Source: the human T2T-CHM13v2.0 reference genome, Homo sapiens
Assembly: GCF_009914755.1 (NCBI RefSeq)
Contig: NC_060934.1
DNA length: 64,000 nucleotides
Direction: 5' to 3' (one strand)
Below the pieces are notes generated by a model that saw nothing but the letters and a program-made list of their open reading frames with translations, was not told where the DNA came from and did not search any database. Shown in pieces: positions 13,790 through 26,621 of this stretch (position 1 is the stretch's first letter; each line of letters begins with the position of its first letter). The translations under genes and the position numbers were made by a program.

Positions 13790-16740
13790 AGTAACTCTCA
13801 CAGTGGAAAGTAAGTCTGTCCCCTTCTTAATCAATACAGAGGCTACTGACTCCACATTACCTTCTTTTCAAGGGCCTGTTTCCCTTGCCTCCATAACTGT
13901 TGTGGGTATTGACAGCCAGTCTTCTAAACCTCTTAAAACTCCCCAACTCTGGTGCCAACTTAGACAATACTCTTTTAAGCACTCCTTTTTAGTTATCCCC
14001 ACCTGCCCAGCTCCCTTATTAGGCGGAGACACTTTAACTAAATTATCTGCTTCCCTGACTATTCCTAGGCTACAGCCACACCTCATTGCCACCTTTTCCC
14101 CCAGTTCAAAGCCTCCTTCACATCCTCCCCTTGCATCTCCCCACCTTAACCCACAAGTAAAAGACACCTCTACTCCCTCCTTAGTGACCGATCATGCACC
14201 CCTTACCATCCCATTAAAACCTAATCACTCTTAACCTGCTCAATGCCAATATCCCATCCCGCAGCACGCTTTAAAAGGATTAAAGCCTTTTATCACTCCC
14301 TTGTTACAGCATGGCCTTTTAAAGCCTATAAACTCTCCTTACAATTCCCCCATTTTACCTGTCCTAAAACCAGACAAGACTTACAGATTCGTTCAGGATC
14401 TGCGCCTTATCAACCGAATTGTTTTGCCTATCCACCCCGTGATGCCAAACCCATATACTCTCCTATCCTCAATACCTCCCTCTACAACCCATTATTCTGT
14501 TCTGGATCTCAAGCATGCTTTCTTTACTATTCCTTTGCACCCTTCATCCCAGCCTCCCTTCGCTTTCACTTGGACTGACCCTGACACCCATTAGGCTCAA
14601 CAAATTACCTGGGCTGTACTGCTGCAAGGCTTCACAGACAGCCCCCATTACTTCAGCCAAGCCCAAATTTCTTCTTCATCTGTTACCTATCTCAGCATAA
14701 TTCTCATGAAAACACACATGCTCTCCCTGCTGATAGTGTTCGACTGATCTCTCAAACCCCAGCACCTTCTACAAAATGACAACTCTTTTCCTTCCTAGGT
14801 GTGGTTAGATACTTTCGACTTCAGATACCTGGTTTTGCCATCCTAACAAAACCATTATATAAACTCACAAAAGGAAACCTAGTTGACCCCATAAATCCTA
14901 AATCCTTTCCCCACTCCTCTTTCCATTCCTTGAAGACAGCTTTAGAGACTGCCCCCACTCTAGCTCTCCCTGACTCATCCCAACCCTTTTCATTACCCAC
15001 AGCTGAAGTGCAGGGCTGTGCAGTCAGAATTCTTACACAAGAACTGGGACCGCGCCCTATAGCCTTTTTATCCAAACAACTTGACCTTACTGTTGTTTTG
15101 CCGAGCCCTCAAGTCTGTGTGCGGCAGCCGCTGCCACCCTAATACTTTTAGAGGCCCTAAAAATCACAGACTATGCTCAACTCACTCTCTACAGTTCTCA
15201 TAACTTCCAAAATCTGTTTTCTTCCTCATACCTGACGCATATACTTTCTGCTCCCGGGCTCCTTCAGCTGTACTCACTCTTTGTTAAGTCTCCCACAGTT
15301 ACCATTTTTCCTGGCACGGACTTCAATCTGGCCTGCCACATTATTCTGGATACCACACCTGACCCTCATGACTGTATCTCTCTGATCCACCTGACATTCA
15401 CCCCATTTCCCAATATTTCCTTCTTTCCTGTTCCTCACCCTGATCACATTTAGTTTATTGATGGCAGTTCCACCAGACCTAATTGCCACTCACCAGCAAA
15501 GGCAGACTATGCTATAGTATCTTCCACATCTATCATTGAGGCTACCGCTCTGCCCCCCTCCACTACCTCTCAGCAAGCCGAATTAGTTGCCTTAACTCAA
15601 GCCCTCACTCTTGCAAAAAGAATACGCGTCAATATTTATACTGACTCTAAATATGCCTTTCATATTCTGCACCATCATGCTGTTATATAGACTGAAAGAA
15701 GTTTCCTCACTACACAAAGGTCCTCCATCATCAATGCCTCTTTCATAAAAACTCTGCTCAAGGCCGCTTTACTTCCAAAGGAAGCTGGAGTCATTCACTG
15801 CAAAGGCCATCAAAAGGCGTCAGATCCCATTGCTCTAGGCAACGCTTATGCTGATAAGGTGGCTAGACAAGCAGCTAGCTTTCCAACTCCTGTCCCTCAT
15901 GGCCAGTTTTTCCCCTTCACATCAGTCACTCCCACCTACTCCCCCACTGAAACTTCCACCTATCAATCTCTTCCCACACAAGGCAAATAGTTCTTAGACC
16001 AAGGAAAATACATCCTTCCAGCCTCACAGGCCCATTCTATTCTGTTGTCATTTCATAACCTCTTCCATGTAGGTTACAAGCCGTTAGCCCGTCTCTTAGA
16101 ACCTCTCATTTCCTTTCCATCATGGAAATCTATCCTCAAGAAGATCACTTCTCAGTGTTCCATCTGCTATTCTACTACCCCTCAGGGATTGTTCAGGCCC
16201 CCTCCCTTTCCTACACATCAAGCGCAAGGATTTGTCCCTGCCCAGGACTGGCAAGTTGACTTTACTCACATGCCCCGAGTCAGAAACCTAAAATATCTCT
16301 TAGTCTAGGTGGACACTTTCACTAGATAGGTAGAGGCCTTTCCCACAAGGTCTGAGAAGGCCACCGCAGTCATTTCTTCCCTTCTGTCAGACATAATTCC
16401 TCGGTTTGGCCTTCCCACTTCTATACAGTCTGATAACAGACCAGCCTTTATTATCAAATCAGCCAAGCATTTTTACGGGCTCTTGGTATTCAGTGAAACC
16501 TTTATATCCCTTACAGTCCTCACTCTTCAGGAAAGGTAGAACGGACTAATAATCTTTTAAAAACACACCTCACCAAGCTCAGCCACCAACTTAAAAAGAA
16601 CTGGACAATACTTTTACCACTTTCCCTTCTCAGAATTCAGGCCTGTCCTCGGAATGCTACAAGGTACAGCCCATTTAAGGTCCTGTATAGATGCTCCTTT
16701 TTATTAAGCCCCAGTCTCATTCCAGACACCAGACCAACTT
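13790..16740 (+). pseudogene. pol: HERV-H pro-pol remnant (PR, RT, RNase H, IN)
   Basis: PR FLINTEAT (catalytic DTG lost); RT SPYNSPILPV..YRFVQDLR..LDLKHAFF; RNase H FIDGSS/NIYTDSKYAF; IN CSIC..DWQVDFTHMP; many stops and frameshifts. Confidence 0.92.
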
Positions 16741-17328
16741 GGACTGTGCCCCAAAAAACTTGTCATCCCTACTATCTTCTGTCTAGTCATACTCCTATTC
16801 ACCATTCTCAACTACTCATACATGCCCTGATCTTGTTTACACTGCCAGTTTACACTGTTCTTCCAAGCCATCACAGCGGATATCTCCTGGTGCTATCCCC
16901 AAACTGCCACTGTTAACTCTTGAAGTAAATAAATAATCTTTGCTGGCAGGACTATGCTGAATCTCCTTAGGCACTCTCTAATTAGATGTCCTAGGTCCTC
17001 CCAATTCTTAGACCTTTAATACCTGTTTTTCTCCTTCTCTTATTCTATTTAGTTTTTCAATTCATACAAAACCATATCCATGCCATCACCAATAATTCTA
17101 AATGACAAATGTTTCTTCTAACAATCCACAATATCACCCCTTACCACAAAATCTTCCTTCATCTTAATCTCTCCCACTCTAGGTTCCCACGCCACCCCTA
17201 ATCCCGCTCGAAGCAGCCCTGAGAAACATCGCCCATTATCTCTCCATACCATCCCCCCAAATTTTCGCCATACCAACACTTTACCACTATTTCGTTTTAT
17301 TTTTCTTATTAATTTAAGAAGACAGGAA

Positions 17329-17740
17329 TGTCAGGCCTCTGAGCCCAAGCTAAGCCATCATATCCCCTGTGACCTGCACATACACATCCAGATGGCCGGT
17401 TCCTGCCTTAACTGATGACATTCCACCACAAAAGAAATGAAAATGGCCTGTTCCTGCCTTAACTGATGACATTATCTTTTGAAATTCCTTCTCCTGGCTC
17501 ATCCTGGCTCAAAAGCTCCTCTACTGAGCACCTTGTGACCCCCAACCCTGCCCGCCAGAGAACCCCCCCTTTGACTGTAATTTTCTTTTGCCTACCCAAA
17601 TCCTATAAAACGGCCCCACCCCTATCTCCCTTCACTGACTGTCTTTTCAGACTCAGCCTGCCTGCACCCAGGTGAAATAAACAGCCTTGTTGCTCACACA
17701 AAGCCTGTTTGGTGGTCTCTTCACACAGTTGCGCATGAAA
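17329..17740 (+). promoter_or_regulatory. HERV-H 3' LTR (LTR7)
   Basis: tgtcaggcctctgagcccaag...gcgcatgaaa, preceded by PPT aagaagacaggaa. Confidence 0.95.
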
Positions 17741-18340
17741 AGAATCCTAAGGAATCTACAAATAACTTACCAGAATTCAGTGAATTTAGCAAGATCACAA
17801 AGTACATAGTCAAAATACAACAATCGTTTTTCTATAGGCTAGCATGAGACAACTCAAAAAATAAAATCTAAGATTATGCTATTTACCATAGAGACAAGTA
17901 TATAAAATACTTAGAAAAATGTTTAGTCTTGAAATATCTTTATACTAGACAATTACAAAGATTCCCCAGAGAAATCAAAGCAGACATCAATAAATGGAGA
18001 GCCATGTGCATGAATTAGAAAACTAAATATTCCTAAAATGTGAAATTCTTCCCTAATTAATCTGTGTCTTCAATGCAGTCTCAACACGTTCCTAGAAGAC
18101 TTTTCCTTACATAGAAATTAACAAGCTGTTTCTAAAATCTATATAGCAATGCAAAGGACCTAAAATCATTAAAGCAACCTTTAAAAAAACAACAAATTAA
18201 AAAGACTCTGCACCAAATTTCAAGACTTAAAGCCAAAGTAATCAAGATGAGGTGGTATTTTCATAGAAAAAGAGAGTCAGATCAGTGACTCAGAGTCCAG
18301 AAATAGACCCACACATATGCATTCTATTAATTTTTGATTA
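17741..18340 (+). mobile_element. Continuation of the L1M ORF2 remnant
   Basis: Resumes in register (agaatcctaaggaatctaca...gagtccagaaatagacccacac). Confidence 0.85.
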
Positions 18341-18931
18341 ATAAATGCACTGACTACTCTTGGTTTGGTGATATATATATGAAAAATACAAATACAAACA
18401 GATTCATGTTTTTCTAACATATTAAAGTACCTGACAACATTCTTCAGGCAAAGGAAGAGATAAAGGGCAAAAGAAGATTATGGTCGAGCTCAGAGGTCTA
18501 GCACAAGCAAATCGAAAAGTAGAGATGATATAGATTATACTACATCTTAGAAGCAACACTATTATAGGCAAAGTGTAAAAAAACTCGTTTTAAGTATAAT
18601 ACAGGAGGGAGGCAAGAATAGCTGGGACTCTTGTAATGCATCCCACAGTCTAACTCCATAAGGATGATCTCATGATGTTTGGTTATTCATTCATTTTCAA
18701 GAGTGAGGTCCTTAAGCCTCTTTGAGAAAGAGAGGAGAGGGCATGGGGAATGGGGATAAAAGGAAACAAAAGAGCAAGGAGCTTTACGTGGGTGTGATCA
18801 CGCAGGAGCTCAGGAAAGGATAATCCAGAATCCAGGCCTCAGAAACAAAAGTTTCTCTCTGACTTTCTGCTGCCTCCTGACTCTGACCTCTCATTCTCCC
18901 TGGGGCTACTAATAGGACCCAGACTATCTCT

Positions 18932-19080
18932 GGCCAGGCGCAGTGGCCCACGCCTGCAATCCCAACACTTTGGGAGGCCAGGGCGGGCAGATCTCCTGAG
19001 GTCAGATGTTTGAGACCAGACTGGCTAACATAGCGAAACCCCCTATCTACTAAGAATGCAAAAGTTAGTGCAGCGTGGTA
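18932..19080 (+). mobile_element. AluS left arm plus linker; right arm missing
   Basis: ggccaggcgcagtggcccacgcc...aaaagttagtgcagcgtggta, then an abrupt switch to GA repeats. Confidence 0.85.
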
Positions 19081-19435
19081 GAGAGAGAGAGAGGGAGGAA
19101 AGGGGAGACAGAGAGAGAGAGAGAGAGAGAGAGAAGAAAGAAAGAAACAAAGAAAGAAAAATGGAAGGAAAGAAAGGAAGGAATGAAAGAAAGAGAAAGG
19201 AAGGAAGGAAAGAAAGAGAGGAAGGAAGGAAGAGGAAGGAGGGAAGGAAGGAAGGAGGGAAGGAAGGAAGGAGGGAAGGAAGGAGAGAAAGGAAGGAAGG
19301 AAAGAAAGAGAAAGGAGGGAAGGAAGGAGGGAGGGAAGGAAGGAAGGAGGGAAGGAAGGAAGGAAAGAAAAAAGAAAGAAAGGAAGCAAAGAGAAAGAAA
19401 GAAAAGAAAGAAAGAAAAGAAAGAAAGAAAGAAAG
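19080..19435 (+). repeat. Compound purine tract (GA/GAAA/GGAA/GGGA)
   Basis: About 355 bp of almost pure A/G. Confidence 0.95.
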
Positions 19436-19452
19436 ATTATCCCTTTCCCAGC

Positions 19453-20117
19453 GTGGGTTATAGAAACCAGAACCTCTTTTCCCTGACACCAACAATAAAA
19501 CTGAAAATTATTACTCTGCCTCCCCCCACATCTTTTTTTTTTAAATTTTTCTTTAAAAAAAAAAAAAAAGAGACAGGGTCTCACTATGCTGCCCAGGCTG
19601 GCCTTGAATTCCTGGGCTCAAGGGATTCTCCTGCCTCAGCCTCCCAAAGTGGTAGGATTACAGGTGTGAGCCACCACTCCCCAGGCTCAATGACTTTCTA
19701 TGCAAAAACTGACCATAAATAAATTGTCTGACCTACCTTGTTTGATGGTAGGTCATAATAGCCCCATTCCAGAGAGGGTCCTGCCCCACACCCAGAAGGA
19801 AGAAACGTGGCACAGAGAGGCCAAGAAGAATCTACGCAGACTGGCCTTGCTGGGTTTCCTCACTCAGTCTGTCAGCATTAGACCAGAACCTATGGCCCAA
19901 TCCTGTTTCTACAGGGCTGTGCATATTGTGATGGACCTAAGCATAAAAACGAACAATTTCCTCTATATCTTTGGATCTTCATTCTGAAGGCTCCCATGTC
20001 ACATAAAACTATGATCTAATAAATTTGTATGCCTTTTCTCTCATTAATCTGCCTTTTGTCAGTTGACTTTCAGTGAACCATCAGAGAGTGAAGGGGAAGT
20101 TTCCCGTGGCCCTGCGA
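19453..20117 (+). mobile_element. ERV1 LTR of the MER39/MER34 group, interrupted by a FLAM
   Basis: ccccattccagagagggtcctgcccca...ttcattctgaaggctccc.tgtcac.taaaactatg...aaggggaagtttccc; subfamily uncertain. Confidence 0.7.
19533..19688 (-). mobile_element. FLAM / Alu left monomer
   Basis: agacagggtctcactatgctgcccaggctgg...gagccaccact. Confidence 0.8.
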
Positions 20118-20174
20118 TAATAATATGCCATCGAATGAAGAGCGTGATGGCATCAATGCTCTCTATCTGAATGA

Positions 20175-20675
<501 letters not shown>

Positions 20676-20901
20676 TAATGTGTCATTAATCATAATTTCT
20701 AAACGTGGCATTTACGAAAACAACATTTTGCATTTTGAATGATAAATTTCCAGCTACAGTTACAAAAATATATCCGAGAAAATGAACCAAAAGAGACTGA
20801 GATGGAATTGCCAAGGCCTCTCTGTTGGATACTTCTTGTCCCACTGGTTTTCATCTTTCACTCCGGCGTGATAGCTTTTGACATGTAAATGTATCCATTC
20901 G

Positions 20902-20920
20902 AGGCCACTAGATGGCAGTC
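20902..20920 (+). promoter_or_regulatory. Candidate CTCF binding site
   Basis: AGGCCACTAGATGGCAGTC fits the core CCASYAGRKGGCRS at every position, in non-repeat DNA. Confidence 0.65.
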
Positions 20921-21184
20921 TACTCAAAAACACGGCTTGCTCCTTTTTCTTTCCACAAGGCTAAGGAATTATGTTAGCATTTGACCTGTTCTCTCCCTCC
21001 AAAACCTAGCAAACCCAAGTTTTCATGAGTTTGCTAAGAACAAAAGTAGTTATCCTGAGTACCTAATACCTGAACAAAAAGTTTTTGCTATTTTCAACAA
21101 AGGAAACATTTGTCACAACAGGAATTCACTGGAGTTAGACAGAGAAAGGGTCCCAGCCATGAGTTCACTAAAAGGTACAACATC

Positions 21185-21390
21185 TCTCCCTCTGTCTCTC
21201 TCCCTTTAACTCTCCTTCTTTCTCTCTTTCTTTCTTTCTTCCCGTCTTCCTTCCTCCCTCTTTCTTTTTTCTTTCTTCCCTCCCTCCCTTTATTTTCCCA
21301 CTCCCTCCCCTCTTTCTTTTTCTCTTTCTTTCTTTCTTTCCTCTCTCTCTCTCTCTCTCTTCCTTCCTTCTTTCCTCTCTCCCCACTTCC
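21185..21390 (+). repeat. Pyrimidine (CT/CTTT/CCTT) low-complexity tract
   Basis: Read directly; a similar tract follows at 21765-21860. Confidence 0.9.
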
Positions 21391-21391
21391 T

Positions 21392-21753
21392 TAATATGGT
21401 TTGGCTGTGTCCCCACCCAAGTCTCATCTTGAATTATAGCTCCCATAATTCTCACATGTTGTGGGAGGAACCCAGTGGGAGGTAATTGAATGATGGGGGT
21501 GGGTCTTCCCATGCTGTTCCTGTGATAGTGAATAAGTCTTATGAAATCTGATGGTTTTATAAACGGCAGTTTCTCTGCACATGCCTTCTTGCCTGCTGCC
21601 ATGTAAGACGTGCCTTTGCTCCTCCTTCACATTTTGCCATGATTATGAGGCCTCCTCAGCCATGTGGATCTGTGAGTCCATTAAAGCTCTTTTGTTATAA
21701 ATTACACAGTCTCAGGTATGTCTTTATTAGCACCATGAAAATGGACTAATACA
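21392..21753 (+). mobile_element. THE1 solo LTR
   Basis: taatatggtttggctgtgtccccaccca...ggactaataca. Confidence 0.9.
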
Positions 21754-21920
21754 CACCTTGTCCCACTCTTTCTTCTCTCCCTCCCTCCCTTTCTGTCTTC
21801 CTCCTTCACTCTCTCTCTTTCTTCCCTCTCACCCTCCCTCCCTTCCTTCCTTCACTTTGTTTATTTTTTGTTTCCTCACTTCTCTGGCATCTTCCGTGCT
21901 GGTTTCAGCCTCTGGAGTGT

Positions 21921-22526
21921 TGTAGAGGTGAAGAGGGAAAGCTTCCCCCTTCTCCCTCTGAAGGTCCACTGAAAATGAACTGACAAGAGGCCAATTAATA
22001 GGAAAAAACAGCATACAAATTTATTTTAACATGCATAGCACTGGGGAATCCCAGGAGAATGAATTCCCAATAACCCAATGAGGTCCAGATTCTTATATAC
22101 TCTTCTTCAGAGGGGAAGAGGAGGTGAGAGTCTGTAGGAGAAAATGATTTTTAGGGAGGTCTGAAGGGACCCAGGAGGCAGATATTTATCTTGTAAATGA
22201 TGCTCTTTAGAACTGAGAGGTAACAGAGAACAGATAACAGTTTGAGACAAAGTTCATTTGCATTCCAGGTATGGTGTTTAACTTCCCATCTCTTCCTCTG
22301 TGATGAGTTTTAATCTTCCCTGGTTAATGAAATTTCAGGGGACAGATGCAAGGGTTCCAATTGTGTTCTCTTTTGAAGCCTAGTTTCTAGGTTAACAAGG
22401 GGACTTCAGAGAACAGCCTCATCTTGTGTTTGGGAGAGAGAGATTGAACGGATTGGAGGGGAGGTTAGAGAGATCTTGACACTGCTTCTTTGGTTCCATT
22501 TCTAGCAAGTTTTCTGAGCCCCAACA
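21921..22526 (-). mobile_element. MER31-like ERV1 LTR
   Basis: Minus strand starts tgttggggctcagaaaac and ends ...ttcagagggagaaggggaag...taca. Confidence 0.7.
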
Positions 22527-22629
22527 GTATACACAAATACATGAAACCAGAGGTTGGCACTCTGGGAGAAATGACGCTGCCATGCAGTTTCTGGCCTGGC
22601 ACCTCTAGTAATCTTCTTCACCTGGCTAA

Positions 22630-22925
<296 letters not shown>

Positions 22926-23144
22926 TTCACCTGGCTTAGTTTTGCATAGCCTACAGAACAGGAGGCTGCTTCTTCCTTGGTCCCTGACCTCTTGCTCCTT
23001 GATGTTGTCCGGGGGTGCAAGGATCATTCCCCCAGTCACTTGCACATGGGAAGAGAGCAAAATCAGGGGCCAGCTGTAGTTAAGACAAAGGGAATCCAGG
23101 ACTGAGCGTCCCCACCCTCTGGGTGGTACTCTATCACCCAACAA

Positions 23145-23290
23145 GTACATTACCTAACAAACTCTAGGTCTCAGTTTCTTTATCTATAAAAGAGGATAAT
23201 AATTTTACCTACCTCATTTTTTTAATATAAAATGGATAAAGTACTTAAAACAATACCTGAGACATGGTATGTGGTCAATGAATGTTAGTG
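23145..23290 (+). mobile_element. MIR fragment
   Basis: tctcagtttctttatctataaaagaggataataat...cctacctca. Confidence 0.65.
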
Positions 23291-23353
23291 CTAATAACAC
23301 TGATGATTATTACTATTATAAACACAGCAAACATAAAGTTAAAAGAGAGTTAA

Positions 23354-23703
<350 letters not shown>

Positions 23704-23794
23704 AGTTGTTTTTTTTATTTCGAAGCTTTACCTTAAAAATCTCTTTGGACTGAGAAGTAGGGCTTTTCCATGGTTGAAAGTCCAAATGTTTGGT

Positions 23795-24005
23795 AACAGA
23801 GTAGGATGGCTGTAGTTAGCAACGGTGTATTGTATATTTCAGAGTAGCTAGAAGAGAGAACTTGAAATGTCCCCCCACACATATGAATGATAAATACTCA
23901 AGGTGATGGGTACCCCAAATACCGTGACCTCATCATTTCACATTCTATGCATGAAGCAAATATCACATGTACTCCGTACATACGTAAAAATATTATGTAT
24001 CAATT
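23795..24005 (+). mobile_element. L1MA-type 3' end
   Basis: tattgtatatttc..agtagctagaagagag.acttgaaatgt...gtgatgggtaccccaaatac...tatgtatcaatt. Confidence 0.75.
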
Positions 24006-24483
24006 GTTGCCCTGCCTTTACCAGGTCAAAACACAGACTGAAAGCAGCATCCAGACATTCTTAATGACTCCTAGCAATCTTCCTTGGGCTGTGGATGAGG
24101 AAAGGGGACCCAGAAAGATACATACCATAAATATTTGCAGGATTCTTAGAGACTAGTAAATAAATTCAGGATTGTTACCTAGAGAGAGATGCATTTAGAG
24201 TTTGAGGCTTTAATCTCATAAAAATAACAGATTGAGGCATCCAAAAATTAAACCCGTGCCGTGGAGGAACAGGGCTGTGCCATAGAGGGTGTTTAGAGAC
24301 CAGCAGAGTAGTCTACCCTTTGTTTTATTTCAGAATGTCACATCTAAAACAGTAAAGATCCTGCCGTCTTGCTCCCAGATGATATGTAATTGTTCGAAAA
24401 TAAGAATAATTTTTCATCATGGAAAGATATCCTACTCAGGTGGGAGGAAATGGCTCTTCTTTCTGGAAGGAGGAGTTACAGCA

Positions 24484-24876
24484 AATAAAGAAATCATGTG
24501 GTACATATACACCACGGAATACTATGCAGCCATAGAAAGGAATGAGATCATGTCCTTTGCAGGGACATGGATGAAATGGGAAGCCATTATCCTCAGCAAA
24601 CTAACACAGGAACAGAAAACCAACACCACATGTTCTCACTCATAAACGGGAGCTGAAAAATGAGAACACATGGACACAGGGAGGGGAACAACACACACCA
24701 GGGCCTGGTGGTGAGGTGGGAGGATGGAGAGCATCAGGATAAACAGCTAATGCATGCTGGGCTTAATACTTAGGGGATGGGTTGATAGGTTTAGCAAACC
24801 ACCATGACACACATTTACCTATGAAACAAACCTGGACATCCTGCACATGTGTCCTGGAACTTAAAATAAAATAAAA
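24484..24876 (+). mobile_element. L1PA (older primate) 3' end
   Basis: ORF2 C-terminus MWYIYTTEYYAAI..NEIMSFAGTW plus 3'UTR and A-rich tail. Confidence 0.9.
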
Positions 24877-25492
24877 TGTTTTTAAAAAGGAAGTCATGGC
24901 CTTGTTACCTTCCAGATCAAGAAGAAAGGTAAACTTAAAATATTTTAACCATGTGACACCTTACTTTGTCATCAGCTGTGGTTATACATAGAGCTTCTTA
25001 AGTAGCATTCCCGATTATTATGAGAGATTTTTTTGTAAGATGTAGGAGTACAGGCACAGAAAGGGAGACAGTTTGGGTTGTTTTTATCACGTAAGAAACC
25101 TGTTCAGAAATCAGAACTAATATTCCAGGCAGCCACACTTTATTATTTCTGAAAATTACTTTCCTTGCTTAAGGCTTTCTTGTCAGACTTTCAGAAATCA
25201 CAGACTTAAGTTTCTCTAAGATGTCCTGCTATGCTCCTAAAGCCTGAGGACTTCATTAATGGCTCTCCCAGGTTTGCAACAACTTCTTCTTAAATCTCCT
25301 GGAGAGTGCACGCTCCTGAACATACACAACGTGTCCAAAGATTTTGACACTAAGAGTCACCTCTTTTAAAAAAAAAAGAAAAGAAAAACAAAACAAACAA
25401 CAACAAAAACAAGCAACAAAAAAGAAAGCTTGTTTTGACTTTTTTGAGACCACATTCTTCTAGTTTTTTTACAACTTCTTTTAAGGTGCTGC

Positions 25493-26161
25493 TGAAGCGG
25501 CTTCCTTGTCTGGGGTGATACCCGAGATTCGTTGTCTCAAGGCCACGGAAAACTAGCACGTGAACACACAAAGAGTGAGCTTCAGAGTAGAAATTTAATA
25601 GGCGAAAAAAACAGAAGAGCTCTCTGCTGCAGAGAAGGGTCCCAAGAAAATGGGTTGCCAGTTCCAAGGTGAAAAGGGTTTTATAGATGAGCCTGTAGAG
25701 GCGATGTCTGATTTAGATAGGGCACAAAAGATTGGTTGGACCAGGTATGCCATTTGCATAGGGTGAGAAAAACTGGTTAGGGCTGGGTGTGTCATTAGCA
25801 GAGGGCATGAAAAGCTGTCTGCGCTCACCCTAATCTTTTACTATGCAGATGGGTTCTCTATCTGGCCAGCGCCATGTTGCCCATCTCTTTATTGCACATG
25901 TGGTAACAAAAAAGGGAAGATGGAACCTCCATGTTGGATATGCCTGGCCACCAGGTAGCCCTCTTCTATTGGCACAGCTGCCGGCATTCTCCCGTGCAGG
26001 CTTCCAGCTTGCTTATCTATGTTTGCAGCTTGATTTTTCAGGCTGCTCTTTGTTGGAAAAAAATAATTTCTTGGGCTGCTTTTTGTTAACAGGGAAGCCT
26101 TGCCGAGGACTCTTTTATCTTCACTATCTGCCTAAATAATTTTTTTCCATCTCCTGCATCA
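25493..26161 (-). mobile_element. MER50 solo LTR (ERV1)
   Basis: Minus strand tgatgcaggagat..aaattatttaggcagatag...ccgcttca; TSD ctgc/ctgt. Confidence 0.8.
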
Positions 26162-26621
26162 CTGTTTCTCAATTTGCTATACGAACCATTGTTTCCAGTA
26201 AGGTTGCAGAATTTGGGGTAAGGAAGATTCTGTTATCAGCTCTTTATTTACACCATGCAATCGCCAGTCCAGCCCTGCCCCTACTGTCCGGGCAATCACT
26301 GTTCTGATATTTTCCTACTGTAGATTGGTTTGGGCTATTGTAGAATGCCATGGAAATAGAAACGTGTAGTGTGTACTTTTTCAGTAATAACCTGCAGGTA
26401 ACAAATACTCTATTTCTATCATTTTATTCAAGCAAAATGACATGAATGACTGAAAAAGCATGTGGAGCACAAGACTCAAGAACTAAGTGAAAGGACTCAC
26501 ACTTCCTGATTTCAAGTAAAGCTACAGCAATCAAGACGTGGCATTGATGTAAGAATAGACACATCAATGAATGAAACAGAATACATCTTCCAGAAATAAA
26601 TTCACACAAATATAGTCAAGA

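Larger units (their letters stand above)
11234..17740 (+). mobile_element. HERV-H provirus, two LTR7s, internally deleted non-autonomous type
   Basis: Two LTRs of about 413 bp, 5-bp TSD AGAAT (11229-11233 and 17741-17745), PBS-His, PPT, gag/pro/pol remnants. Confidence 0.97.

Noticed and set aside
13803-16308. HERV-H pro/pol ORFs as functional CDS
   Set aside because: Fragmented by stops and frameshifts, with catalytic motifs lost; reported as a pseudogene.
18784-19722. Long ORFs of 135-266 aa on both strands
   Set aside because: They are translations of the purine/pyrimidine tract plus Alu sequence; low complexity simply lacks stop codons.
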